From contig NMRA01000103.1 in NCBI GenBank assembly GCA_002633005.1, forward strand, positions 220,690 through 284,689: 64,000 bases of DNA, written 5' to 3'. Of the stretch, positions 12,968-24,058 are shown one piece after another. Origin of the DNA: Phoronis australis. Its lineage: Eukaryota > Animalia > Phoronida. The notes below the pieces were generated by a model. The model did not search any database, was not told where the DNA came from, and saw only the letters and a program-made list of their open reading frames with translations. The position numbers and the translations under genes were made by a program. Each line of letters starts with the position of its first letter. Positions within the stretch are counted from its first letter, which is position 1.

Positions 12968-15900
12968 NTTGTCATGTGTCGTACATATTTTGTGATTTGT
13001 TGCCTTGTATCGTCTTTCGTGTACATTAATTGCATTGTTGTGAAGTTTATTAAGTGATGTTTATTAATTAATTGATGTATGTTGTGGATGGTGTATACTT
13101 GTTGAATTGCTATTGTGTAACATGTTCATTAATTGATCTCTTCCTCCTAAAGATTAAGAAGACGACAGACGGCGGCCGCCAAGACATCAAACAGGTCAAG
13201 TATTCAATTATTTAAATTGTCAGTATCATCATGTATAATACTTGTCACGCATATTATTGTTAACTGTGTAATTTATGTATAATAATTGACCTGCTTCCAT
13301 TTTTATTGTGTGTCGTGTGTATTAATTGTCAAGTTATTATGTTTGTGTCGTGCATATTATTTGATTTCTTACCATGCATTGTGTGACGTGTAAATTAATT
13401 GCAATTTTATCAATGGTATTATGTGATGTATATTTCTTGACTTTGTATCATGTATGTTGTTGGTGTTGTATATTTCTTGATTTGCTACTGTGTAATCTGT
13501 ACATTAAATGACCTATTCCTCCTAAAGATTAAGAAGACGACAGACGGCGGCCGCCAGGACATCACAGAGGTCAAGTATTCAATTATAAAAATTGTCAGTG
13601 TTATATGTGATTAATATTTGTCGTGTATGTTAATTGACTTTTTATCATGTTCATTGTTGTTTTATGTATATTAATTGACCTGCTTCCATGTTTATTATGT
13701 GTCGTGTGTATTAAATGTCAAGTTACTGTGTTTGTGTGTCGTGCATATTATTTGATTTCTTACCATGTATTGTGTGACGTGTACATTAATTGCAATTCTA
13801 TCAATGTTATTATGTGGTGTATATTACTTGACTTTGTATCATGTATGTTGTGGGTGTTGTATATTTCTTGATTTGCTACTGTGTAATCTGTACATTAATT
13901 GACCTATTCCTCCTAAAGATTGAGAAGACGACAGACGGCGGCCGCCATGACATCACACAGGTCAAGTATTCAATTATCTAGATTCTCTGTATTATAATGT
14001 ATATTACATGTTGTTTATATTAGTTGGCTGTATATCATGGTCATTTTGTGTTTTGTGTATATTAATTGACCTGCTTCCATGTTTATTCTGTCGTGTGTAT
14101 TAATTGTCAAGTTATGATGTTTGTTTATCGTGCATATTGTTTGATTTCTTGCCATGTATTGTTTGCCACGAATATTAATTGCAATTTTATCAAGGGTATT
14201 ATGTGGTGTATATTATTTGGTTAGTATCATGTATGTTGTGGGTATTGTATACTTGTGGAATTGCTACTGTGTAATCTGTACAATAATTTACCTATTCCTC
14301 CTAAAGATCAAGAAGAAGACAGACGGCGGCCGCCAGGATCTCACACAGGTCAAGTATTCAATTAATTAAATTCTCAGTATTATAACGTATATTGCATGTT
14401 GTGTATATTAGTTGGCTTTATATTATGTTTATAGTGTGTATTGTGTATATTAATTGACCTGCTTCTATGTTTATTGTGTCATGTGCATTACTTGTCAAGT
14501 TATGATGTTTGTTTGTCGTGCATATTGTTTGATTTCTTACCATGTATTGTTTGCCGTGAACATTAATTGCAATTTTATCAAGGGTATTATCTGGTGTATA
14601 TTATTTGACTTTGTATCATGTATTTTGTGGGTTATGTTTATTTGTCGATTTGCTACTGTGTATTCTGTACATTAATTGACCTATTCCTCCTTAAGATTAA
14701 GAAGAAGACAGACGGCGGCCGCCAGGACATCACACAGGTCAAGTATTCAATTTCTTAAATTGTCAGTGATATTATGTATATTATTTTTCGTGTATTTTAA
14801 TTGGCTTTTGATCATGTTCCTTTGTGTTATGTACACTAAATGAGCTGTTATCATATTTGTTGTCGTGTACATAAATGAACCTTTTATCATGTTTATTGTT
14901 TGCCGCTTATACTAATGGACCTGTTGTCATGTTTATTGTGTCTTGTATATGATTTTGTTTTGTTATCATGTATTGTGTGTAGTGTACATGTACATTGATT
15001 GAATTGTTATCGTGTGTATACATTGATGTATATTAATTGACTTGTGATCATGTATGTTGTGGTTGGTGTATGTTTGTTGAATTGCTACTGTGTATCATGT
15101 GCATTGATTGATCTACTTAAATTCTCAGTGTTATCATGTATATTACAAGTCGTGTTTATAAATTGACATTTTATCTTGTTCGTTGTGTGTTTTGTTTATA
15201 TTATTTGACCTGCATTCATGTTTGTTGTGTGTCGTGTCAAGTTATTATATTTTTGTGTCGTGCATATTAATGATTTCTTAAGATTATTGTGTGACGTGTT
15301 CATTCATTGTAATTGAACAAGGGTATTATTTGGTGTATATTACTTGAATTTGTATCATGCGTGTTGTGGGTGTTATATGGTTGTTGAATATTGCTTCAGT
15401 GTAATTTGTACATTAATCGACCTATTCCCCCTAAAGACGGACGACAGACGGCGGCCGCCAGGACATCAAACAGGTCAATATTCAATTACTTAAACCTCTT
15501 GTGTTATCAGGTACGTAATTTGTCGTGTATATTAATTGACTTTCTATCATGTTCATTGTGTTTGTTGTGTATATTAATTGACCTGCTTTCATGTTTATTG
15601 TGTGTCATGTGTATTAATTGTCAATTTATTATGTTTGTGTGTCGTGCATATTATTTGATTTCTTACCATTTATTGTTTATTGTATACATTAATTGCATTT
15701 TATCAATGGTATTATGTGGTGTATATTACTTGACCTTGTATCATGTATGTTGTGGGTGTTGTACATGTATATTTGTTGAGTTGCTTCTATTTTTCACGAA
15801 CATTATCTGATCTGTTCCTCCTTAAGATTAAGAAGACGACAGTCGGCGGCCGCCACCACATCAACCAGGTCAAGTATTCAATTGCTTAAATCGTCAGTTT

Positions 15901-16095
15901 TATCTTTTATATTATTTGTCGTGTAGATATTTTGACTTTTTGTCACGTTTATTTTGTGCCTTGTCTATTAATTGACTTATTATAATGTATACCGTGAAGC
16001 GTGTATTATTGTATACTAATTGAGAGGTCTTTCTTGAAGTTGAAGAGGACAACAGAATGAGGCCACCCCGACATGAAATAGGCCAAGATGTAAGG
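12968..16095 (+). repeat. Hierarchical tandem array, ~388-bp unit made of ~38-bp T/G-rich subrepeats plus a conserved GC-rich cassette with GGCGGCCGCC
   Basis: Cassettes start at 13153, 13528, 13919, 14307, 14696, 15437, 15827 and (degenerate) 16040; the array abuts an N gap. Confidence 0.92.
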
Positions 16096-19039
16096 TAAAC
16101 ATTTTCCCCGCAACGTGTATGTTAAAATATCAAAAAATGCAGAGAATGTAATTTGTTATGGGTTTTTTATTACTTGCACTGAACGGCTTGATTTGTGTTT
16201 TGTCGACTTTGTAATTCTCGCTGCAGGTTTGAGGCCACCATAATACCCACGAACAGACAAGATTTCGGGGAGAGTATAACTTTTGTCTTGCGCACGTGTT
16301 TTGTCACCTCAGAAACACGTTGCTTTTGTTACCATAATCACGTACTACAGCGTTTATTGATGTTTTATACTTTTATGATCGATTAAGATATTTCACTTAC
16401 CATGGAAACGTATTCTCAGCCTGTGTTTTCTATTGTAATAAAAACGAATAACAATTCTGGTTTTGGCATGTTCAGCTTCCATTTTACTACGCTGACAAAC
16501 GACATTATATTGCGTCAGGTTTGGCGGCATTTATTCTCCCAAAAGCCTTCAAAAATGTAACTCTTGTCTTTGGAAACATTACGTTAATACATTCGCAGAC
16601 AAAATTGTCTTTACATTTCTACAAACCTACTATGTGAGTTTTTTATCGTGACCTTTTCGCTGTACGTGGTTGTAATAACGGAGGTGGGTGATTGTTAAGT
16701 TACTTGAGGTTGCTGAACTCTTGTTTCTTTTGAAAATAAAAAAAACTACCCAACAAGGGTATAATTCCTTTCTCTAACAATAATTAAGGAAAAACATATT
16801 AAGTTTTTCCAACACCACACAGTAAACAACAAGGACGCAGCAACTTTAAATCCAAATTTTGATACTCATGTTTGAGCACATTGGCTCTCTACCAAAACAG
16901 CTGTTGAAATGCAAACTAACTATTGAACAATCACCCGGGGTCATGATGCAAGGCAGCAGGCATGTCTTTGACATGAAGTCTGGGTTCAAGTCCCAGTGAC
17001 CCCTACATTCCGATAGAAAGTTTGCTTTCAACAAGCCAGAGTCTGTTTTGAATACTAAACAGAAGATACAAGTCAATCACATGGCACTGGGTAATTCTTT
17101 TTCGTATGTTTGTCAAACTGAGTCTCTGAATAGGACAATTCCTTGCTTGATGCACATAATTTCTCACGTGGGCGCGTTGCTAAAACTTAACATATGCCTT
17201 TTTATCTCTTTCAGATATCATTGGTTTAGCCAATGAAGAATACCTGGGACTGCGAATGGTCATCTTTACCCTGTGCTTCAAGGTGACTTCCCGTGATACG
17301 GCCAAAACGAACCTCTGAGGCGAAAACCGAGCAAAGACCCACAATAACTATCACCTTTTTTGACACGAAATGTCTTGATGTGCTTTTGAAGTTTTTCCAA
17401 GAAACTATAATAATTTTGAAAATAACTTGTGGTTTCTTGGGCCAAGACACTAAAAAATACCTTATTTTGTCATGGTCAAGTTTACTAATATTTTCGTATT
17501 AAGCTTGTGTTGGTTCGTTTGGTAAAGTTATCCAATTCAATGCGTATTGTATTTCTAATAGTTCTGCTATGTGCTTTTGTCACTATAAAGGTTCTTTGCT
17601 TCATTTCGTATCGTAATGTGCCGTACATTGTACCATTAATAATTAGCTCCCATTATCAGAGAACTTATGTTGGAATTGTTCGACGAACATTTTGACGTAG
17701 CTGTCATTCTTTATGCAGTTTTTTTCCCTGGTATCTCTTACGCTTTCATGTCACATCACATTTTCTCTTTTTCATGCTCATCTTTATTTTTATTTATTCC
17801 ATACTTTGAAATTCATGACAACTTTGTGTACGTAATAAGATTGATCGTGCAATGACCCTATTTACGCCCATGCACCTATTCCTGAAAAATCATTTTAAAG
17901 AAAAGACTTTGTTCAAGTGTTCACATACGGAGGTATGCTGCTACATGTAAGTGTCTCTAATAACTCACACAGGAGGTTATTCCCTGTAAGCGTAGAGGAT
18001 CATGTCGTTCTTAAAAGATTATCAATGATATCCATTTATTTTCTCATTTTCTGCCTATGTGACGTTTTTTACTTCATTTTACTTGTCTAGAAATTGGTTA
18101 ATGGGTGATGCCGTGTTTACAAAAGAATATCATCACCTGAGCAACTACTACTTTACCCACAGTGTCACGGTGAATACGTTGATGCATCCAAAAATCACAC
18201 TACGCATCAAGAAATGTGACATCGTACATGTATGTAGGGCTGCGTTCTGTAGATGCAAGATTCTTACGAAAACGCAAGAACACAAAAGAGTTCATGGGAT
18301 ATTGTCATGTATTACCAGCTTAGCTCGTGATCACAACTAATCCTTTATTTCGAATGTCTTGGGTCTCTGCTGGGAACAAATACTAGTTCCGTGGTCTGCA
18401 TATGAACCTTAACGTCTCATTCACAAAACATAAATCCAAGGCCATCCATTGAACACTCGTCGCCTCACCTTGGAACCATCGTATATCCGAAGTGTTGGAA
18501 ATCCTGTCGCGATGTTTGATAACTTATAATAATGTGTATTTATTGTTAAAACTGTAATTGATTATATGAATATTAATAATAATGCTGTTGAGTTTGCGAT
18601 TCTTTTTGTTATTTATCATTGTTTTTGAGCATAAGTGCATATGCAGCAAGGGAAACAGTGGCTCTGTGAATTCTGTTTGAGACTGTTATGAAAATCAAGT
18701 CTAAGGTCTTTCAAATCTAAGCATGTTGTCTTCTGGATATATATATACAGTGTAGTTTTGAGAGAACAGTAATTAGTAGTGCTATCTGCTTTTTCTCTAA
18801 AATAAAACCTAATTACACGTTAAAAAGGCCCTCTATAGGTGGTTGAGGCTATTGAGAACAGGCAAATAAGTGCAGTTGGTGTAATGGTTCACTACCAAAA
18901 TTTTCTGAAGAGACTAAATAAATTAATATGTGGCCAGTTTTTGAAACGATACATTATGGCTGTTACAGACTGCCAAATTTGGCTGAGAATCGCTTCTGTG
19001 AAAACTTGCAAAATGATCCGCTTGTGCCACCCAAAGTCA

Positions 19040-19340
19040 AAACCTGCAAATTTGAAATTGAATTTTTAAAGTTTATACTATTAAATTATTCAACTATAGT
19101 CCTTTAAAACTGTCACTGCTTAATTATCAGCTAGCTATACATTCTTGTAAAATGCATTTAAACATATCTATTTTGGCGCCAATTCTGTTGCAAAATGGAG
19201 GGACATGTCACAAAATGAGAAATAATGGTTGAAAATTTTTGAAAATCGAAATTTTACTACATCTCACCAAACCAAACACATGACCTAAGTCTAAACAAAA
19301 TTTGTGATTTTGGGAGTAGTCTCTTAGGCTACCTGTTGGT
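19040..19340 (+). repeat. Dispersed repeat, copy 1 (transposon remnant)
   Basis: Direct similarity to 24570-24865 (ttaaattattcaa...gtaaaatgcatt...ttgcaaaatggagg...tctcaccaaa...tgtgattttggg). Confidence 0.75.
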
Positions 19341-22300
19341 TTTTATATGGAGTTTGTATGAACACGACAGAGAATTGCTTGGCGTGAAAATACTGTTGCA
19401 TTCGCCTGCTTTACGGAAATGTGGATACGCGTCTTTAAACGGCTTGGTTGTGACATTGTTGTTGGCAGCGCCTCCTCAAATACACGGACATTCCATTTTG
19501 TATCGGTGACGCACTATTGAAATGCGATCACAGATGATAACTGTTTACATAAACTTTAGTGGTACGTGACGGTTTTCAAAAACTGATAGAGTGTTTAACT
19601 TTTTCACAATTGTTTCAAAACATACCTGACTTATATCACAGTTATCCTTTGTTCTGTTCACGTTTCCTAATCGAGAATTCCCAATCTCAGAATAAGATAT
19701 CGAAGGCTGCTCTTGTTTCTAAATAGCAGTCAAGTAAAAACTGCTGTTGGTCCAATAAATGACTTTTTCCGTTTTGGTTAGGAGCTTGCGCTGTATTTTG
19801 CTTCATTTAGGCTTTGGTTCTATCTAACAATTCCAAAATTGTGTTCCAAAGGTTGACTACGTTGTCGAGTTTGTCTGCAGATACTTATTTACTGAGGGGT
19901 TTCGTGTCGAGTTGGCAAGCTATTTTGTCGCGTTGGTGAGTGCTCCAAGTATTTTTATATTTCATTATTGACACTCTTTGTTTTTTTAGCCGTAGGATCG
20001 GTTTTGCCAATCCAAACTTCAGTCTCTGTATTTATTTGCAAATTGCCACTCCCTTAGTGCTTGTATTCCACTCGTACACTTAAAGTGCAAAAAAGAAATT
20101 GTACAACAACGTTCATTCCTTTTGAAAGAAGCAGACAACCCAAGGAATACATGTATTATTAGCAACGAATATTATCGACTTGCAAAAATTTATCTTTTGA
20201 CGGCATTCACTAAAACGACGAGGCAACAGAATCCTTGTTTTAACATTTTGTTGGTTTTGCATTGTTTGAAATTGAAACTAGACAAGATCTTACGAGTTTT
20301 TACAAAGTTTTGATTTTCTCAACAAAGATGTCTACAGAATTTAATATTTTTTATAAACGTAGGTGGTCTTACGATCACGGCCACGTTGCAAAAAGAAGGC
20401 GTTAATTGAAATGTTGCCGGACTTCGAAGATAGATCGTTGATATCAGTAACTCTTCGTTTTTTTAAAAATAGTTGTGATATGTTGTTTTACTATATGAGA
20501 AATTTAGACAACAGCTGAGTTGTTGTGCAATCTTTTGCGTCGGCCTTCGGTGCCATGAAATATATTGCGTCACCTTTTGGCCATTTTTCCCCAATTCTTC
20601 AAACAACTGTTCTTCCACGTGGTTGCTTAAATGCCACAACAAATTATCAGAACTGGTTTCATTTCGTAACAACTCTTTAGAACTTTAATACCAGAAAACC
20701 GAATTTCAAAAGAAATTTTGTAGCAGTCATCCGCCTAGAAGAGATTGAGTGCGTTGAGTTCAGAAATTCCGATTCCAAATTCTGCTTTAATGATCAATGA
20801 GGAGTTGAAGTACACTTTTTTAAGAACAAAAACGGTGAAACTGGTGACGGTGAGTGAATAATTCTCGTTGCTCATTTCAAAATCCAGAACTTTATTGTTT
20901 AGGAAATAATATACTCTCGACAAGTAAATCGACTAACCCTAATATGCGGCCAATTGCAAAGATATTTAACGGGATTATTAAACAATGGCACTCAAAGGAC
21001 GAAATAACATTTCTGTGTTTCTATTTTGAAAATATTTTTGGAGAAACTATTGAATAATCTGAAATTAACTAAATATTCATCGCGATAACAACGTGCTGAG
21101 CCGGAGTATAGGTTATGTTAAAATTCGCCCACAAACAAGTTGCACGAGTTTTACAGATAGAAATCAAATAGCAAAGTCAATAAATTACTCTTTATTATTG
21201 ACATTGTTTAAAAAATGCAAAAAAACAATTGGAATGTACCTTAAGATTCTTTAACTCATCGTTTGAGGCTACTAGCGTCGCCTCAGAAAATTTGAAAACT
21301 TGTTCGAGTTTCCTGTCTGATCCCCGGAGTTCCTGTTTTAAAGGTAGGGGTTCGTGTTTTTCGGGCTGGTTAGCTGTTTTGACGGTGCGGGGGTTTGTTC
21401 TCGAATCCGGGAAATCTGTTTTACACCGGGATTCCAATTTTGACGGAACACCCTAAATGAGCTATTATCTCGTTGCTACTGACTTTATCACGCCTGCGCG
21501 ACATCTGTTGGGTCATAGTCGGAAACCCGGAGGAAAATCTTCGGAAATACTCGGTCCCACGTGTGTGACAAGTTAAACTTAAGTCTACCTTGTTCAGAGA
21601 GGGATTATTCTATCCTTTTCTAAAAGTACTCTTTTACAACAAGTTCAAACCATTTTGCTTGGTCTAGGATCTATAGGCCTACATCATATACGTCAAACGT
21701 ATGAGCCCAATGGATGATGGTCAATTATTCTCAAGTAGATAGATCATCGACGATTTCTGGGGTATCCTAATAGTTTTACCGTACCCCTAAAACCAGTGTT
21801 TGGGTTATAGTGTCCAAAATACGACGGCGAAATGTTTCATCATGGGTGTTAGTCGGCTAGTAATTAACTTTCACAGATCAACTCCTCTTTTACTGTAATA
21901 ACCATAAAAAACGTTGCAAAGCTGCTGTAGGACTGGCTTACTAGACGCAGTTGGAAGCAAAACTCAGGCACACACAATGTGAAAAAATTCACCTTCAAAA
22001 AGTTTCACAAATATTTTAATTCGAATTTCTTTAAAAGTATTTGTCTTGAATCCACTATTAAACATGGAACATATGTGTATGACAGCGCAACCGTCGACAC
22101 GCAGACCACCAGTGGTTACTAAAAACTTCACAATTCAGTTAAACTGAGCAAAAATTGTTATTCAAACCGTCATTTGAACTACGAAATACCTTACCGGATC
22201 ATCTAATATCTTTGCCGAGCACGAGAGTGCAATGCGATACAATTACTGCACCTACGGTCAGACATCCGTACGAAAAAAGCTTTTGTGTCAATGGAGGCAT

Positions 22301-22422
22301 AGTATAGTTCATCAATTGGCGCAAAATGTTTAGTATTCTGAATACACCGCAGCACACAACAAATCGTCTGCTTTTCTGAACTCATATTCATGTGGCTCCA
22401 TGAGTATGTTGACAGCGCAACT

Positions 22423-22658
22423 CATGAGCGCACCCAGCCTTCAATATGGGGGTCTCGAATGACTGGCGATCTGGACCTTTTGCTGACAAAAAAGCGGGAG
22501 GACTAAAAAACGGGATACCACCTTCACTGTGCGTATGCGCCTTTTTAGTGGACTTTTGTCTTGTTTTCTCGGACTTTTTGTTTCTCTGAGGCGGACGTTT
22601 TTGCCCATTTCGCCAAATGGGGGGACTCGCCCCCCGAGCCCCTCTGGGTGCGCGCATG
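22423..22658. mobile_element. MITE with 15-bp TIR
   Basis: catgagcgcacccag ... ctgggtgcgcgcatg (14/15). Confidence 0.6.
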
Positions 22659-23119
22659 AACATGTAACTGGTCGAGATTGGGCAACTTGACCGATTTGCG
22701 CACCACAGAATTTGCCGCTTCCGATCTAAGACACGTGCATGGTTAGTTAAATTGCATCAGGCTTCTGAATGCTATCGTTCTGTAGACAATGGGAATATCA
22801 TAAACGGTTTAGAGTATTTTTAAATTTTCGTTTTGAAAGTATGTTAATAGCATACTTGAATAGTTCGTGAAAGGCACAGGTAATTAGGTTTTTGAATTTT
22901 GAAAATTGGACAAGAAATGTGACTTTTACAACTTAAAACATTCATTTAATGTTGCAATAAAATGCTCCTCATTAATTCTGCTGCGTGTGCAACATAATTG
23001 GGCCAATTACCAAACTGCCAGGCAGCAGTTGGATTTTGAGGTAAGCCAAGTGTCATCGTACAATTCCTGTCATGTATGGTAACAATTTCTGTGAAATGCG
23101 ACCAAAATACATCGAATGA

Positions 23120-23263
23120 CATGGGCGGCGTAGCACTGAAAAAAGTGGGGGGGGGGCTAAAGCCCGCTCAGCCACCTTGTGGTGCACCGCCTATAAACCG
23201 TGTTCGGCGTAGCACTAAAAAAGTGGGGTCTATAGCCCCACCCCCCTATGGTGCGCCGCCTAT
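23120..23263. mobile_element. Short GC-rich MITE, tandemly duplicated
   Basis: Two units cggcgtagcact-aaaaaagtgggg...ggtgc(a/g)ccgcctat, with catgggcggcg / cgccgcctatg inverted ends. Confidence 0.55.
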
Positions 23264-23492
23264 GTATGAAACCTCTTGCTGTAGCACGCTTGCAAAGGAT
23301 TTCTGTTGTGTTGGCTTTCTGCTTGTTACACTCCTTCACAGTGCTATAGATGTCGCTGTGTCAGGAGGTATGCGCTTGTGAGTCTTCGCAAAGGCAACAT
23401 TCCGTTTTTTGCAATGCCGAGCAACCAATGCGCATTTCAGGAACGTTTCTTTAGACAGTACAGTACACAGCAGCGATAAAAGACATGTGAAA

Positions 23493-23592
23493 GCCAACCA
23501 AAACATTACAAAAACAAAGACATAATTTCTAACATTCTTTATTTCAACACATTCCCTATCTACCAGTTACGTTCCTAAACTGTTCATTTATT
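23493..23592 (-). terminator. Putative polyadenylation region of the LU/TSP1/mucin gene
   Basis: Minus-strand AATAAA at 23587-23592 and 23538-23543, followed by a GT/T-rich downstream element (tgtctttgtttttgtaatgttttgg), about 280-330 nt after the stop. Confidence 0.55.
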
Positions 23593-23868
23593 GAAAAACA
23601 AGACATCTGGAAAATCGGTCCCAAGAAAGCATTCAAATCGCTCAAAGTATATATGATTAAATAAATCTGCAAAAGTACATTTTCCGCGAGGCGGCCAAAG
23701 CAATTGATATCGTGAAAGCTTGAAAAGCAAAAATTATCAGTAATACTACTATAAGCAAGACAATACTTGGTACCTCAAATAGGACATTCGTCTTCCATTT
23801 TTGAAGTAATGCATAACCTACTTAAGTCAAATCAGCCACGACTGTAGACGGCGCGTGTTGTGAGAGAT

Positions 23869-24058
23869 CTAACACATAAATGGGTACAAATCTTCGCCCT
23901 TTGGAACGAGTGGTTTGTTGCACTTCGACTTGGCGCAGCAGAAACCGCAGTGGTCTGTGGTGACAGTGTTCGAGATGCCGTAAAGTATATTAATGCACGA
24001 CATTTGTTCACAGGAATGGATGAAATACGAGAGTTGGCACTCAGACTTGGAGACACAG
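23869..24058 (-). CDS. LU/TSP1/mucin gene last coding exon: second half of LU domain 2
   Basis: atttccttccag|(R)CVSKSECQLSYFIHSCEQMSCINILYGISNTVTTDHCGFCCAKSKCNKPLVPKGEDLYPFMC*; CCxxxxCN motif. Confidence 0.88.

Noticed and set aside
12136-13057. Three long ORFs (239-297 aa)
   Set aside because: Artefacts of translating through the N gap.
13647-15810. Hydrophobic Cys/Val/Ile/Tyr-rich ORFs in the array
   Set aside because: Products of T/G-rich subrepeats; frames are not maintained between units.
12968-16095. CRISPR-like array (conserved repeats with spacers)
   Set aside because: Spacers are ~340 bp and homologous to each other, there are no cas genes, and the context is eukaryotic. It is a tandem duplication.
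20463-20672. SSDNLLWHL resembling a BED zinc-finger end of hAT transposases
   Set aside because: Too short, and the upstream Cys pair was not found.
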